A stretch of DNA of 64,000 nucleotides from an uncultured delta proteobacterium (GTDB lineage Bacteria > Desulfobacterota > Syntrophia > Syntrophales > UBA2185), in assembly GCA_963729715.1 (NCBI GenBank), contig CAVSPA010000005.1, positions 1-64,000 on the forward strand. The letters run 5' to 3'. This document shows, in pieces, positions 1 to 10,600 of the stretch. The position numbers and the translations under genes are program-made. The notes beneath the pieces were generated by a model that was not told the DNA's origin, did no database searches, and was given only the letters and a program-made list of their open reading frames with translations. Numbering within the stretch: position 1 is the first letter of the stretch; the number at the start of each line of letters is the position of its first letter.

Positions 1-124
1 TATCTGCAAGGTCATTGAAGGAATCAGATTTGTTGATGGTGTAATAATGAAAGAAGCTGCTTGAATTTGAAAAGGGTCAGGATACGTTGAAAAATGTCTC
101 ATCCACAACTATTGACAATATCCC
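1..124 (+). mobile_element. Right end of an IS256-family element (last transposase codons at 2..64 plus terminal IR), inserted in the Hsp70 gene
   Basis: Frame 2 reads ICKVIEGIRFVDGVIMKEAA*, a typical IS256 transposase C-terminus. It is followed by ATCCACAACTATTGACAATATCCC (101-124), which resembles an IS256 IRR. Hsp70 similarity stops at this point. Confidence 0.75.
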
Positions 125-1168
125 GGCGGCACCTTGCGCAACACCAGTCTCAGGGTAGAATCGGAAAGGCGCTTCTTGTCCGAGTACTGCCCGGACGACA
201 TCCCTAACGGCTGGTATACGACTACTTCCCCCGATGAGAAGAACAGTATGGAAGTTGCCGATGTGCGCCTCGCTGATTGCTTGCCGTAATACCTTTTCTG
301 CACGTGCAAGAAGTGACTTACTCAGATCGTAAAAAGTATTTCTAGTAAGCGTTGTATCAAGGTCACAATATTTCTTAGAGGTAGACTGGAAGAACCCTGG
401 CAAATATATATGGATCGACTCAGCAACACTCAATTCCTCCTTGGCCCTGATAGCTGCATCTCGGAGAATGATCTGCTGAGATGGATTCAATCGGTAGCTA
501 TCTCCCATTCGCTTCCGGGCTGATTCGAGAATATAGTCGCAGATTAGTTGGTCAAAATCATCCCCGCCCAACTTCCCATCACCCGCGCTAGACACAACTT
601 CGTAAACACCATCACCAGTTCTCAAAACGGAAACATCCAGAGTGCCTCCTCCGAAATCGAAGGCCAGGATATTAGAGTCAATGTGGCTGTCGACATCATG
701 GTGTGAAAAAACAGCAGCTGTTGCTTCATTTAGCAACCGCAAGACGTTGAACCCCGCAATCCGTCCAGCCTGTTTAATAGCCAAACGTTGATTGATATCG
801 AAATGCGCTGGAATGGCGATCACCGCATCATTAATTTCTTCGCCCAGATACTCTTCAACCTCCAGCTTCATCCGTCCGAGAATCAAAGCTGCCACTTCTT
901 GAGGCTGGGTTTTCCACGACCCCCAATCGCGTTCCCCCTCTTTACCCAATGATCTTTTAATGGAATTGATGGTTACATGTTTACTGTGGTAACGGTTAGG
1001 ATGAGTTTGCGCCTCCCAGCCAATAAAGAGTTCTTCCTCGGGAGTCACAAGCACCAGAGATGGCATGCTCAGATGGCCCTGACGATCGGGAATGATTATC
1101 GGATCGCCATCTTTCATGCATGCTGCTACTGTTTTAGTAGTCCCAAAATCGATGCCGATGATGCTCAT
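125..1168 (-). pseudogene. Hsp70-family protein (non-canonical DnaK paralogue), nucleotide-binding domain only, truncated by IS256
   Basis: Motifs GIDFGTT, AVIAIPAHF, LLNEATAA, FDFGGGTLDVS, LGGDDFD, LIGGSSRIP, VAQGAA. The last 15 aa of the ORF (GILSIVVD...) are read from the IS end. RBS GGAGG upstream. Confidence 0.85.
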
Positions 1169-1288
1169 CCCCCCACCTCCATAGGAGAAAATTGTGACTA
1201 GAATTGAGGGACACTTCCAATATTAATTGCATGTTCTTTTGCATTGTTAGTTTCGATATGACCTTTCCCCGAAAAAGTGGACACACAG

Positions 1289-2183
1289 TTAAATTTCATT
1301 AAGGAGTCTTTCGTACTGCTGCGGGCTCCTGTATCCCAATGAAGAATGCCGCCGCTGATGATTATAAAACATTTCCACGTATTCAAAAACACTGAGCCTC
1401 GCTTCCAGCCTCGTACGGTACCGCTCGCCATGGACCAACTCGGTCTTCAACGTACCAAAGAAGGACTCCAGATAGGCGTTATCGTAGCAATTGCCGCTCC
1501 TACTCATGCTTGCCCGCATGCCGTATCGTTTCAGCAGATCCTGGTACACATAACTGGCATATTGCCTGCCTCGATCGGAATGGTGGATCAACCCTTCAGG
1601 TCGGCCTTGCCTTCCTACTGCATCTAGGAGCGCACGGGATGCCAGCTCCTGGGTGATCTTCTCCCCCATGGCCAATCCGATGATTTTTCTGCTTTGCACG
1701 TGCATCACTGCCGCCACATACAGCCATCCCTCGGAAGTGGGAACAAAGGTCATATCCGCTGCCCATACTCCCTCTGTCTGATGCTTGTCAAGCAACAGGT
1801 TTGCGGCCAAAGCATAGGTATGGTTTGAATCGGTTGTCCGCCGGAACCTCCTCTTCTTCACCTCTGCCCTTACCGCGTGGTCTTTCATGATCCGGGCTAC
1901 ACGGTTCTTCCCGCATCGAAACCCCTGCTCTATAAGCTCCGCCCTGATCCGAGGACTCCCGTAAAGCCTCCGGCTCTGTTCGTGGATTACCCGTATCCGG
2001 GAAAGGATTCCCTCGTTCTCTTTCCCACGGATACTTGGTTGGCGATTCTTCCAGGCATAGTAGCCGCTTCGGGACAGCTTCAGTACCTCGCACATACGTT
2101 TTATCGTGTGGACCGCTTTCTCCCTCTCCATAAAGCGGTACTTCATTTCTGCCGTTTTGAGAATGCCAGGGTTTTTTTTAAAA
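1289..2183 (-). CDS. IS3 transposase OrfB (DDE/rve), expressed by -1 frameshift
   Basis: MCEVLKLSRSGYY, YGSPRI, WAADMT, HHSDRGRQY, GNCYDNAYLESFFGTLKTE, YNHQRRHSSLGY. Confidence 0.93.
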
Positions 2184-2460
2184 TATCCCTCTCTTCTTTC
2201 ACCCTCTCCAGTTCCTTCTGAAGCCGCCTTATTTCCGCTTTCTCTGGCGCTATACGACCTTTTCCTGCAAACGCCTTGTCGCCCTTGGCCAGAAACTGCC
2301 TCCTCCACAAATGAAGCAGGTTAGGATGGAGCTCCAGTTCCCGGGCAACCTTACCCACCGCCATGCCCTTCTCGGTGACCATTTGCACCGCATCTCTTTT
2401 GAACTCCCTGCTGAAGTGACGATGTTTCTCCCCCATGATCATGAACACCTCCTGTCCCAT
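2143..2460 (-). CDS. IS3 transposase OrfA (HTH)
   Basis: FSREFKRDAV...VARELELHPNLLHLWR...EERDILKK. A TTTTAAAAAAAAC slippery run near 2171-2183 suits -1 frameshifting. The true start may be 2436. Confidence 0.9.
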   Translation of the reverse strand: MGQEVFMIMGEKHRHFSREFKRDAVQMVTEKGMAVGKVARELELHPNLLHLWRRQFLAKGDKAFAGKGRIAPEKAEIRRLQKELERVKEERDILKKTLAFSKRQK

Positions 2461-2684
2461 AATACAAATTATTAGGTGTGTCCATCAAGTCGGGGAAAGG
2501 TTAATAAGAAATCTACATAAATCACATTAATATCGCCGAAACGAAACAAATATGGTTCTGAAATTGACGACAGTACTGTGATCAAATGGATTCTATGCCC
2601 GCAAGGCGTCATTCTAAGCCAAAAAAAGTGTGAGGATTGTGCAATCTGGAAGACAACGCTCGGCACATATTGTCGACCTCGAAA

Positions 2685-4319
2685 TCATGACTTCCTTTGC
2701 TTTTTGGGCATTAATATTGTTGTCTTGGCGTAGCTAGCATTCACATGGATCTTTAACAACTCCACGTTGTATCCAAATCCTTTCAACATTCTTGTGGTGT
2801 TATTAAGATTAACTCTCGAAAAAAAAGGTAGATGAAGCTCATCTCCCTTCGAGTCGCTAATAACGGCAAAAATCACTGTGAACTCATTTTCTGCGGGTCT
2901 AGACTCCACTTTGATGATGTCGATGAATGGGGGATTCAGTCTTTCTTTTACTTTCTTGCGAAACTCAGGATCCAGTTGCAACAATTGAGCAGAGACAAAG
3001 CCCTGCGAAAATAGATGGCTAAAAACGTTTGATTTTCCATAGATCTTTATGTGTATTAACTGTTTGTCTAAAGAAAGTAGATCACAAACCTCTACTTGCC
3101 CGTGCCCACCTCCATGAAATATTCTATTCTTATCATCTAATAAAGCAAATCGATTGGGATAGGCTTCAGCTATACCTGCATTGTAGGAGCCTTCGCCACC
3201 ACCACTGTATTCGGGAAGTACTAAAGATGAGAGGTCTATTTTTGCGAAATCATCATTTGTTTTTTGAACGAAATCAGTATTTACACTGAACCACTTGCCA
3301 TCATTAAGTACATACTTATTTCCTTCACAATCTATTTCCGAGTATAGACATTTATAAATAGGCCACGATTTAAAAACCTTGTTGTGATCTTCATCAGCAC
3401 AAGAAACTTGATGCTGCTTTAGTAAATCTAACGTTACAGGCTGATCATCTTTCAGTGTACTTAGGAATCCCAACAAATTCACATCTGGATGGATTGTTCT
3501 CCCGCCATCTGTGAAAAGAAACCCTTTAACTAAATCCCACTGAATGATCTCTGGGATAGACAGCCAAAGGTTCGAATAATCCTTTTGTGCAAACTTCTCT
3601 AGCAGCTTGCTTTCAAGGGTTACAACGATTGGAGCAGAATTCTTGACAATCGAAATATTATTGACCCATTGATAGTCTGTAGCACTCAAGTCACAATCAA
3701 ATCTCTCCTTATACGACCGCAGTAGAAAGTCAAGATCGGATAGATCCATCCGTACAGAAACCGATAATGAGTCAGTTCCGGTCATGCGGCTTCCTAGACG
3801 CAAGTCGCTTGGTGCACCAACTATCGCTTTTAGCATGTCTTGCTCAACATCAAGCCCAAATTGATCTGACGTTGTTTCATATCCAGATTGAATTCGCGTG
3901 TGACTTTGTATGGTGTCGAGCGATTGCTTATCTATGCATCTAAAACTTTCCTTATCTACAGAATTAAGAGCCACGAGAAGGCCAAAGCGCTCTTCACAAA
4001 CACCGTCTCTAATGAGAAAACGGCCACCTTGCCCGAATGTTAGAACGAAGTATCTGTCTTCAACTTTGATAAGCAATGCCGCAGATACATTTGAGACATT
4101 ACCAATCTTCCTTATGTCCAGATACGCCGCAAAAAGCGATGACCACTTGGGAGGATAACCCATCTTAGGTTTGATATACAAATGTCCTTTACCACAACCG
4201 GGAATCTGTATTTCAAGAGGTCCTTCGCAGCCCTCTTGATTTATTATTCGAGAGCTTTGATTAAATGTTTCCTTCACGAGAAAGACGTTAAGGTGATTGA
4301 CTTTCTTCTCGATGATCAT
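2685..4319 (-). CDS. TIGR04141/DUF6119-like sporadically distributed protein with a putative C-terminal PD-(D/E)XK-like nuclease motif
   Basis: 544 aa. FGLLVALNS, YVLNDGKWF, EGSYN, EVCDLL...LIHIK, FSHLFSQG and LPFFSRVNL match the family as I recall it. Confidence 0.75.
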   Translation of the reverse strand: MIIEKKVNHLNVFLVKETFNQSSRIINQEGCEGPLEIQIPGCGKGHLYIKPKMGYPPKWSSLFAAYLDIRKIGNVSNVSAALLIKVEDRYFVLTFGQGGRFLIRDGVCEERFGLLVALNSVDKESFRCIDKQSLDTIQSHTRIQSGYETTSDQFGLDVEQDMLKAIVGAPSDLRLGSRMTGTDSLSVSVRMDLSDLDFLLRSYKERFDCDLSATDYQWVNNISIVKNSAPIVVTLESKLLEKFAQKDYSNLWLSIPEIIQWDLVKGFLFTDGGRTIHPDVNLLGFLSTLKDDQPVTLDLLKQHQVSCADEDHNKVFKSWPIYKCLYSEIDCEGNKYVLNDGKWFSVNTDFVQKTNDDFAKIDLSSLVLPEYSGGGEGSYNAGIAEAYPNRFALLDDKNRIFHGGGHGQVEVCDLLSLDKQLIHIKIYGKSNVFSHLFSQGFVSAQLLQLDPEFRKKVKERLNPPFIDIIKVESRPAENEFTVIFAVISDSKGDELHLPFFSRVNLNNTTRMLKGFGYNVELLKIHVNASYAKTTILMPKKQRKS

Positions 4320-4368
4320 TCAATCACTCCATGTGGTTGAACTAATATTTAAGATAAAATGCATTTTC

Positions 4369-4926
4369 TTAAAAATACTTTTTAAGCAAAATTAGGACTA
4401 CTACAACCAATAAAGCTATCACAATCCAGAGTAGCCTATTTGTCCCTGTTTGGGTGCTGTTTTGAATATCTACAGCCAAGACTGGCCTATGTTCAGGTAT
4501 TTCATGCTTCGCCTGATTTTGCATTGCGTCTTGGTACTTACTACCATCGGAACTGCCTGTACTCCAATGATGGGGGCTGCTTTGATGAACTTTATTCTTA
4601 AGGTCGCGATAAAGCCACCTGTTTACCTCTGACTTATCTACCTTAATTCCGTATTTCCTCACTATAAGAGACGCTATTCGCTTAGCCTTAATTCCCGGTG
4701 ATCCTTCTATTATTTGAAGGATCAAGTCACCTACGCTTGCAGTAGAATCAAGTTTTACGCTCGATTCAGCTTGCAAACCAGCACTTTCACTAACTGCACG
4801 TACCTTTGACTCCTGACATCTGTGCAGATTCTTAGTCCACTTATCGAAAGGTACATATTGTCCATTGGGCATTTTTCTGAGGCTTATGTCTCGACCGCAA
4901 TGCTTGCATGGAACTCTCAAAGACAT
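4369..4926 (-). CDS. Hypothetical protein: N-terminal Zn-binding motif, central winged-helix-like segment, C-terminal membrane anchor
   Basis: CKHC...HRC; PGIKAKRIA...VDKSEVNRWLY; hydrophobic tail LLWIVIALLVVVVLILL. Confidence 0.65.
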   Translation of the reverse strand: MSLRVPCKHCGRDISLRKMPNGQYVPFDKWTKNLHRCQESKVRAVSESAGLQAESSVKLDSTASVGDLILQIIEGSPGIKAKRIASLIVRKYGIKVDKSEVNRWLYRDLKNKVHQSSPHHWSTGSSDGSKYQDAMQNQAKHEIPEHRPVLAVDIQNSTQTGTNRLLWIVIALLVVVVLILLKKYF

Positions 4927-5381
4927 AACACAACCCCATCCTGCGAATTATTTATACGGAGCAGTTGAATGACACATAGGATACTTCGAACAGCCATAGA
5001 ACTTACCATACCTACCACTACGGATAATCATGGCTGATTTACATTTCGGACAAAATTTTTGTCCATTAGCCAAGGGTACCCTTTGTTGTCCAAAGTTTGT
5101 TATCTTAATCTTCTTGCAGTAGACACAAATCCTGCCATAACCAGTCGAACAGGCCGGATCTTTGAATTCTTCTCCCTCCCGTTGGAGAATCCGTTCAAAA
5201 CCAGCAGCCAATTCCGTTGCAAACCAGCACCCTATTCCGGAACATGCCAGCAGGTGATTCCGGAACAAACCAGCAGGTTTCCGTGATTTAGCGGAAATGC
5301 CTGCTGGCATAGCGGAATAAAAATCATACTGAACAATTGACCTAATCAGCCATAATACCCTCTTAAAAAACTGGAGGGTGT

Positions 5382-6950
5382 ATGGCACAGGTAAGGATCA
5401 GTATGAGAAAGATAAAAGAAGTCTTAAGATTACATTTTGAAGCCGGGATATCCCAAGCCAAGATATCAGATATTGCCAATATCAGCAGATTTACAGTTCA
5501 GCAATATATAATGAGGTTTACCGCTGCCGGGCTGAGCTGGCCATTGGACATGAGTGATGATGAACTGGAACGGAGATTGTTTCCCAGGAACAAGGGGAAA
5601 AATAACCGAGAGGAACCAGATTACCGCTGGTTGCTGCAGGAGATCCGCAGGCCAAACGCAACACTGTCTGTCTTATGGGAAGAATACAAGCAACAGCACC
5701 CGGCTGGTTATCAATACAGCTATTTTTGTGATTTGTTCAATGCTTACCGGGAAAAGCTGAACTTAAGCATGCGCCAGGTTCACAAAGCCGGCGAGAAAAC
5801 ATTTATTGATTTCAGCGACAGTCCGATAAAGATTATCACTCGGGCAACCGGGACAGAGACCGATACAAAAATCTTCGTTTCTGTCTGGGGCGCATCAAGC
5901 TACATGTTTGCCAAGAGTTGCCTGGATGAGAAGTTGCCAACCTGGATAAGATTAAATGTCAACGCGCTGGAGTATTTTGGGTGTTGCCCAAGGGCGATGG
6001 TACCGGATAATCTCAGATCGGCGGTAAGCAGGGCATCCAGATATGAGCCTGATATAAATCCCACCTATGCGGAGTTTGCAAGACATTACGGGACAGTGAT
6101 TTTTCCGGCAAGACCTTATCGGCCAAAAGACAAATCCAAAGCTGAGAATGGCATAAAGCTGGCGAAGCGGTGGATATTGTTCCGGCTGCGCAATGAGCGC
6201 TTCTATTCGCTGAGCGAACTGAATGATGCGATCGGTGTATTGCTCAAAGAGTTTAACAAAAGAAAAATGAAAAAGTTTCAAAAAAGCCGGCAGGAGCTTT
6301 TTGAACTTTTAGACAAACCACATGCGCTTAAACTTCCGGATGCACATTACGAATTTGCTGAATGGAAAAAAGCCAAGGTACAGTTTAATTATCACGTCAG
6401 CTATGAGGGGCATGATTATTCGGTACCTTATACGCTCATTCATAAAGAGGTGGATATTAAAGCCACGCCTGTCCTGATAGAGGTTTATTACAATGGCAAA
6501 AGAATCTGCAGTCATGCAAAAAGCAGCAAGCCTTACGGTTATACAACCGTCCCAGAGCATATGCCCCGGAATCATCAAAAATATCTGGAATGGACCCCGG
6601 ACAGGATTCTGCATTATGCGGCGAAGTACGGGCAATCGGTTAAGGCGCTTGTTCAAAGGGTCATGGACTCCAGAAAGTTTCCTGAGCAGGCATATAAGTC
6701 ATGCCTGGGCATCATCAGGCTTGAGAACAAATATACGGCGGCCCGCTTGGATCTTGCCTGCAATAGAGCGCTTCTATACAGGGCTTATTCCTATAACAGC
6801 GTAGCTGCCATTCTCGAGAAAGGGCTGGATAAACAAACTCCTTTGTCACAGATAAACAACGCCGTCATTAATCACGAAAACATCAGAGGTTCGAATTATT
6901 ATCTGGAAGGAGGAAACAGTGTACGCGCAGACAATAAGCAAAATGAATGA
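5382..6950 (+). CDS. istA: IS21 transposase IstA
   Basis: MRKIKEVLRL, LWEEY, MRQVHKAGEKTFIDF, VPDNLRSAV, PARPYRPKDKSKAE, HENIRGSNYY. Confidence 0.95.
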   Translation: MAQVRISMRKIKEVLRLHFEAGISQAKISDIANISRFTVQQYIMRFTAAGLSWPLDMSDDELERRLFPRNKGKNNREEPDYRWLLQEIRRPNATLSVLWEEYKQQHPAGYQYSYFCDLFNAYREKLNLSMRQVHKAGEKTFIDFSDSPIKIITRATGTETDTKIFVSVWGASSYMFAKSCLDEKLPTWIRLNVNALEYFGCCPRAMVPDNLRSAVSRASRYEPDINPTYAEFARHYGTVIFPARPYRPKDKSKAENGIKLAKRWILFRLRNERFYSLSELNDAIGVLLKEFNKRKMKKFQKSRQELFELLDKPHALKLPDAHYEFAEWKKAKVQFNYHVSYEGHDYSVPYTLIHKEVDIKATPVLIEVYYNGKRICSHAKSSKPYGYTTVPEHMPRNHQKYLEWTPDRILHYAAKYGQSVKALVQRVMDSRKFPEQAYKSCLGIIRLENKYTAARLDLACNRALLYRAYSYNSVAAILEKGLDKQTPLSQINNAVINHENIRGSNYYLEGGNSVRADNKQNE

Positions 6951-7656
6951 AATGAAATTGCACGGTATGGCCAGATCTTTTCAAGAACGGCGGACAAAAC
7001 CGGACCATCAGGATTTAAGCCATGACGAGTTTACCGCCTTGCTGATTGATGACGAATATATACAAAGGCAGAACAATCGTCAGCGCCGTTTGATGCAGAG
7101 GGCAAAGCTGAAGTTTCCCTCTGCTGCTCTGGAAAACATTGACTATCTCAAGAATAGAAACATTGCCAAAACGAAGATTACTTCTTTACAGAATAACCAA
7201 TGGTTGGAAAAACATCAGAACATTTTAATCTCAGGGCCAACCGGTGTTGGCAAGAGTTACCTGACATGTGCTTTCGGCCAGTGGGCCTGCCGGAATGGAT
7301 TCTCTGTTTATTACAGCCGCTGGCCGAGAATGCTTGGCGATATCCTGGCTGCAAGAGGCGAAGGCAATTATCTAAAATATCTGCAGAAGCTGACTAAAGT
7401 CGGACTGCTGATCATTGACGATTTCGGCTTAAACTCACTATCTGATGCCGATAAGAAAGATCTGATGGAGATTGTCGAGGATCGCTATATGACCGGTTCA
7501 ACAATTATCGCAAGTCAGTTGCCGATCAAAGACTGGCATGCTTTTATCGGTGATCCCACAATCGCCGATGCTGTTTGTGACAGATTATTCCATGTCGCTC
7601 ATAAATTTGAATTGAAAGGAGACACAATGCGAAAAAAAATAGAATCTATTGATTGA
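6919..7656 (+). CDS. istB: IS21 helper AAA+ ATPase IstB
   Basis: GPTGVGKS, LLIIDDFG, SQLPIKDW, ADAVCDRL. Confidence 0.95.
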   Translation: MYAQTISKMNEMKLHGMARSFQERRTKPDHQDLSHDEFTALLIDDEYIQRQNNRQRRLMQRAKLKFPSAALENIDYLKNRNIAKTKITSLQNNQWLEKHQNILISGPTGVGKSYLTCAFGQWACRNGFSVYYSRWPRMLGDILAARGEGNYLKYLQKLTKVGLLIIDDFGLNSLSDADKKDLMEIVEDRYMTGSTIIASQLPIKDWHAFIGDPTIADAVCDRLFHVAHKFELKGDTMRKKIESID

Positions 7657-10600
7657 TGCCAGCAGGGTATGTTATTTAAACCCCGGTCAGCTTTCAGTAT
7701 GCAGCAGGGTGCTGGCTTCCTCCGGAATCACCTGCAGGTTTCAGCGGTATTTCCATCCCGTAGAATTTTGCACTTAGGACACTCCTTAGCGCCGTTGTTT
7801 TGAATATTATTAATGGTCTCATGTATCGACCGAAGTATATCAATATCATCATTCTTTTTAGCTGTTACCGCTGCCAATAGTCTCTTATCCAAGGTCGCTA
7901 TCGGGTTCTTGCCAATGTTGAACCTGTTTATTCTGATGAATTTGTATCCATAGCTCTCAAGGATTTTTTGTCGGCAAACATCTTCTGAAGAATAATAATG
8001 GTGATAATTGAACTCGCTCACTTCGTTATAGTTGGTAAAGTGCTCCTTGAAACCATCATATTCAATGACTATTTTGTATTCTTGATCTTTTTCGTTCCTG
8101 TAAACAAGAAGGAAGTCGACCTTATATTTCGGATGCTGATAAGTCTTTTTGGGGTCGAGCTGCCGCAGATACTCACCAATATTGAATTGTGGAACAAGCG
8201 ACACCCTTCCGAATCCTTTGTTTTGTTGCCAGAAGCCTGTTTGTAAAATCCAGTTTAGGACTTCTTTCTCCATCGGCGAATTCGGGTCTACCGCATCGGG
8301 CAATGGTTCTTTTCTCGACTCCTCAAGTTCATTCCAGTAATATCTCAGCGCCTCGCCAATCGAACCAGTAAAAGCAGCAAGTGGTTTACTAACAACGAAG
8401 TGCATGCGCTCTTTGGCCCGACTGAATCCAACGTTAAGCCTTTGCGCTTTTATTTTACCGTCTTCCTCGATATCTATTGCATTCAAATCCTTTATAAACA
8501 CACCCCACAACCTGTCAATTGCCGCGTTGGCTACCATCGAATAATAGATGATGTCGCGCTCTTCGCCCTGACAGGTATCAAATGTCATAATTTTAAGATT
8601 CAAATCTTCAAAATAATAATCCCTGTCCGGCAACCTACTGACAGCCTCATGAATCATCTTCTGCTGATTGGTGTGGGGCGTTATGATACCTACCGAAACT
8701 TTATTGCCAACATCTTTGAGCCTCCTAAGCTCGCTAATAAGAAAATCGACCTCCAAGCTATTTGTTTTGGGTATGGGCTCAATTTTCCCGTCGTGGTCTA
8801 AGAAGTCGAATTTCAGTACATCATCAATTACCTTCCCGCTATTTTCATCACTTGCAGGCTGTTCTTGTAAAAATGACTGTTAGAGTAGGCAATGATTTCC
8901 TTATAGCCCCTAAAATATTTATTAAGCTGGATGTTGAAATTGCTTATGAACTCAAAGAATTCCAGAATGGAAGTCTTGATGTTGAAATTGTCTTGTCTGA
9001 TAAGTTTCTGTGGTTCATTGGACACATTCTTGATAAAAGCGTCGCGCAGGTTGTTCAAATATTCTCTATTTGTATCCGAACGGGCCTGAGCTGCCTTCAC
9101 GTTGCTAAACTGCTTTTTGTCTCCAAGAATAAGCACCTTCTTGGTCCGCAATAGTGCGGGAAATGCTTGGGCGATACTTACCTGCGATGCTTCATCAATG
9201 ATTACCAGGTCAAAAATCTCCGGCTGGAGCGGTATGTATTCAGCATAGTCCCTGATTCCGGCAAGAATGCATGGAAACGATTCCCTTAATTTGGAAAATT
9301 CATCACGAGGGAATTTCTGCTTCTTCTGGATAATTCTTCGTAGTGTAGCCGCTGTTGCCTTACTGTGTTCGGCGAACTTAATAACACGCTTGTCCATTTC
9401 GTATGTCATTTGAACAGTGACAAGCTTCTCAATCTTACTCTTCGCGGTTTCATAGTCAGTTTCGGGAATATTAGAGAACGCTTTATCAAACCTTTGCCTG
9501 AGCGTTATAAAATGTATGAGTTGTTTAAATGCATCGTGGTCCATCATAATCAACTTATTGTTGCTACAATCTGCAAGCCGAACAGGTTCGATCCCTAACA
9601 GTTTTGCAGAAGAGGGATACTTCTTCAGGTTCTCGTTCAGATATTTGATATCCTCATCAATGCCCGCGAATGTTTCAAATTCCTGAACTATTGCTTCATT
9701 TTTGAGAATGGTGTCGATGACGGAAATAAAGTCGTAAGAGATACCAAATCCTTCAGGCTGATTAGCTTTCGCATAGATGTAGATTGAGGAAATATTCTTT
9801 AAGAGGTTGAGATGTTTGTGTGGTTGCTCGATTCTGATCAGTGGCAATTCATTCTTAAACCTTTCGTTTAACGCTCTAACTTTGCTACCTTTAAAAAGGT
9901 AGCCGAATAGATCGCTCTTCAATGTTTTAAAAGACTGGATAAATTCTTGCAACTTGACTAAATTTGCATCGTTAAATTTTTCACACTTGGAAAGTGCGCT
10001 TCTGTCGGTGAACCGCTCCTTGACCTTGGTCTGGACGCTTATAAATTCTTTGCTAAGCCGAATGAGTTTACGTAATGTTTCCGTCTTGTGACAATCCGTT
10101 GCAGGAATCTTGAGAAGAGACAAAAAACAATTTTTTCCACTTGCCCCATTGTTACAGAATGTATCGTTTAGGCGCCCAAATATTTTCCTGAACTCCTCCA
10201 ATTCTACACACGAATCTTGATTGTCTATAAATTCTCTTAAATCAACTAGTGGGCTTTTCTGCTCATAAAGCTTTTCTAGGGTAAAGCAGCGGGCAATTTC
10301 GTTTATATCGATTTCTTCACTCACCAGAATCTCTGCCTCAACATCCTCCTTGAGCGACTTCACAGCTTTGGATATTCCTTCGTTCAGCTTTTCCAAGTCA
10401 TTCTTGACTGCTCGGTAATGGGTCTTTATGTTATTGATTACGGCAGGAGCAAGTATTTGAGCATATGTGCTACCAGTTTTACCGAGACGAAGAATCGGAT
10501 TCTGAAAATTCTTGTCATGTCTGACCTTATTGAGTGTAGCGGATATCTTGTCTTCAACAACATCAAGGGCTTCTTTTTTGTCTGACAAGACAAGTACCGT

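Larger units (their letters stand above)
1259..2503 (-). mobile_element. IS3-family insertion sequence, 1245 bp
   Basis: IRs TGACCTTTCCCCGAAAAAGTGGACAC and (reverse complement) TAACCTTTCCCCGACTTGATGGACAC. 3-bp target duplication ATA at 1256-1258 and 2504-2506. orfA/orfB layout. Confidence 0.95.
5183..7755 (+). mobile_element. IS21-family insertion sequence, 2573 bp
   Basis: TG...CA ends (TGGAGAATCCGTTCAAAACCAGCAG; reverse complement TGGAAATACCGCTGAAACCTGCAG). Multiple subterminal AAACCAGCA repeats. 6-bp TSD TCCCGT at 5177-5182 and 7756-7761. Confidence 0.95.

Noticed and set aside
2184..2308. N-terminal extension of the 339-aa IS3 ORF
   Set aside because: Overlaps OrfA in another frame. OrfB is reached by frameshift at the A-run.
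5183..5290. Regularly spaced AAACCAGCA repeats resembling a mini-CRISPR
   Set aside because: These are IS21 subterminal transposase-binding repeats. The period is too short and there are no cas genes.
4948..5388. 146-aa stand-alone Zn-finger ORF
   Set aside because: Its N-terminal half is read from the IS21 left end. The remainder is the severed C-terminus of the helicase gene.
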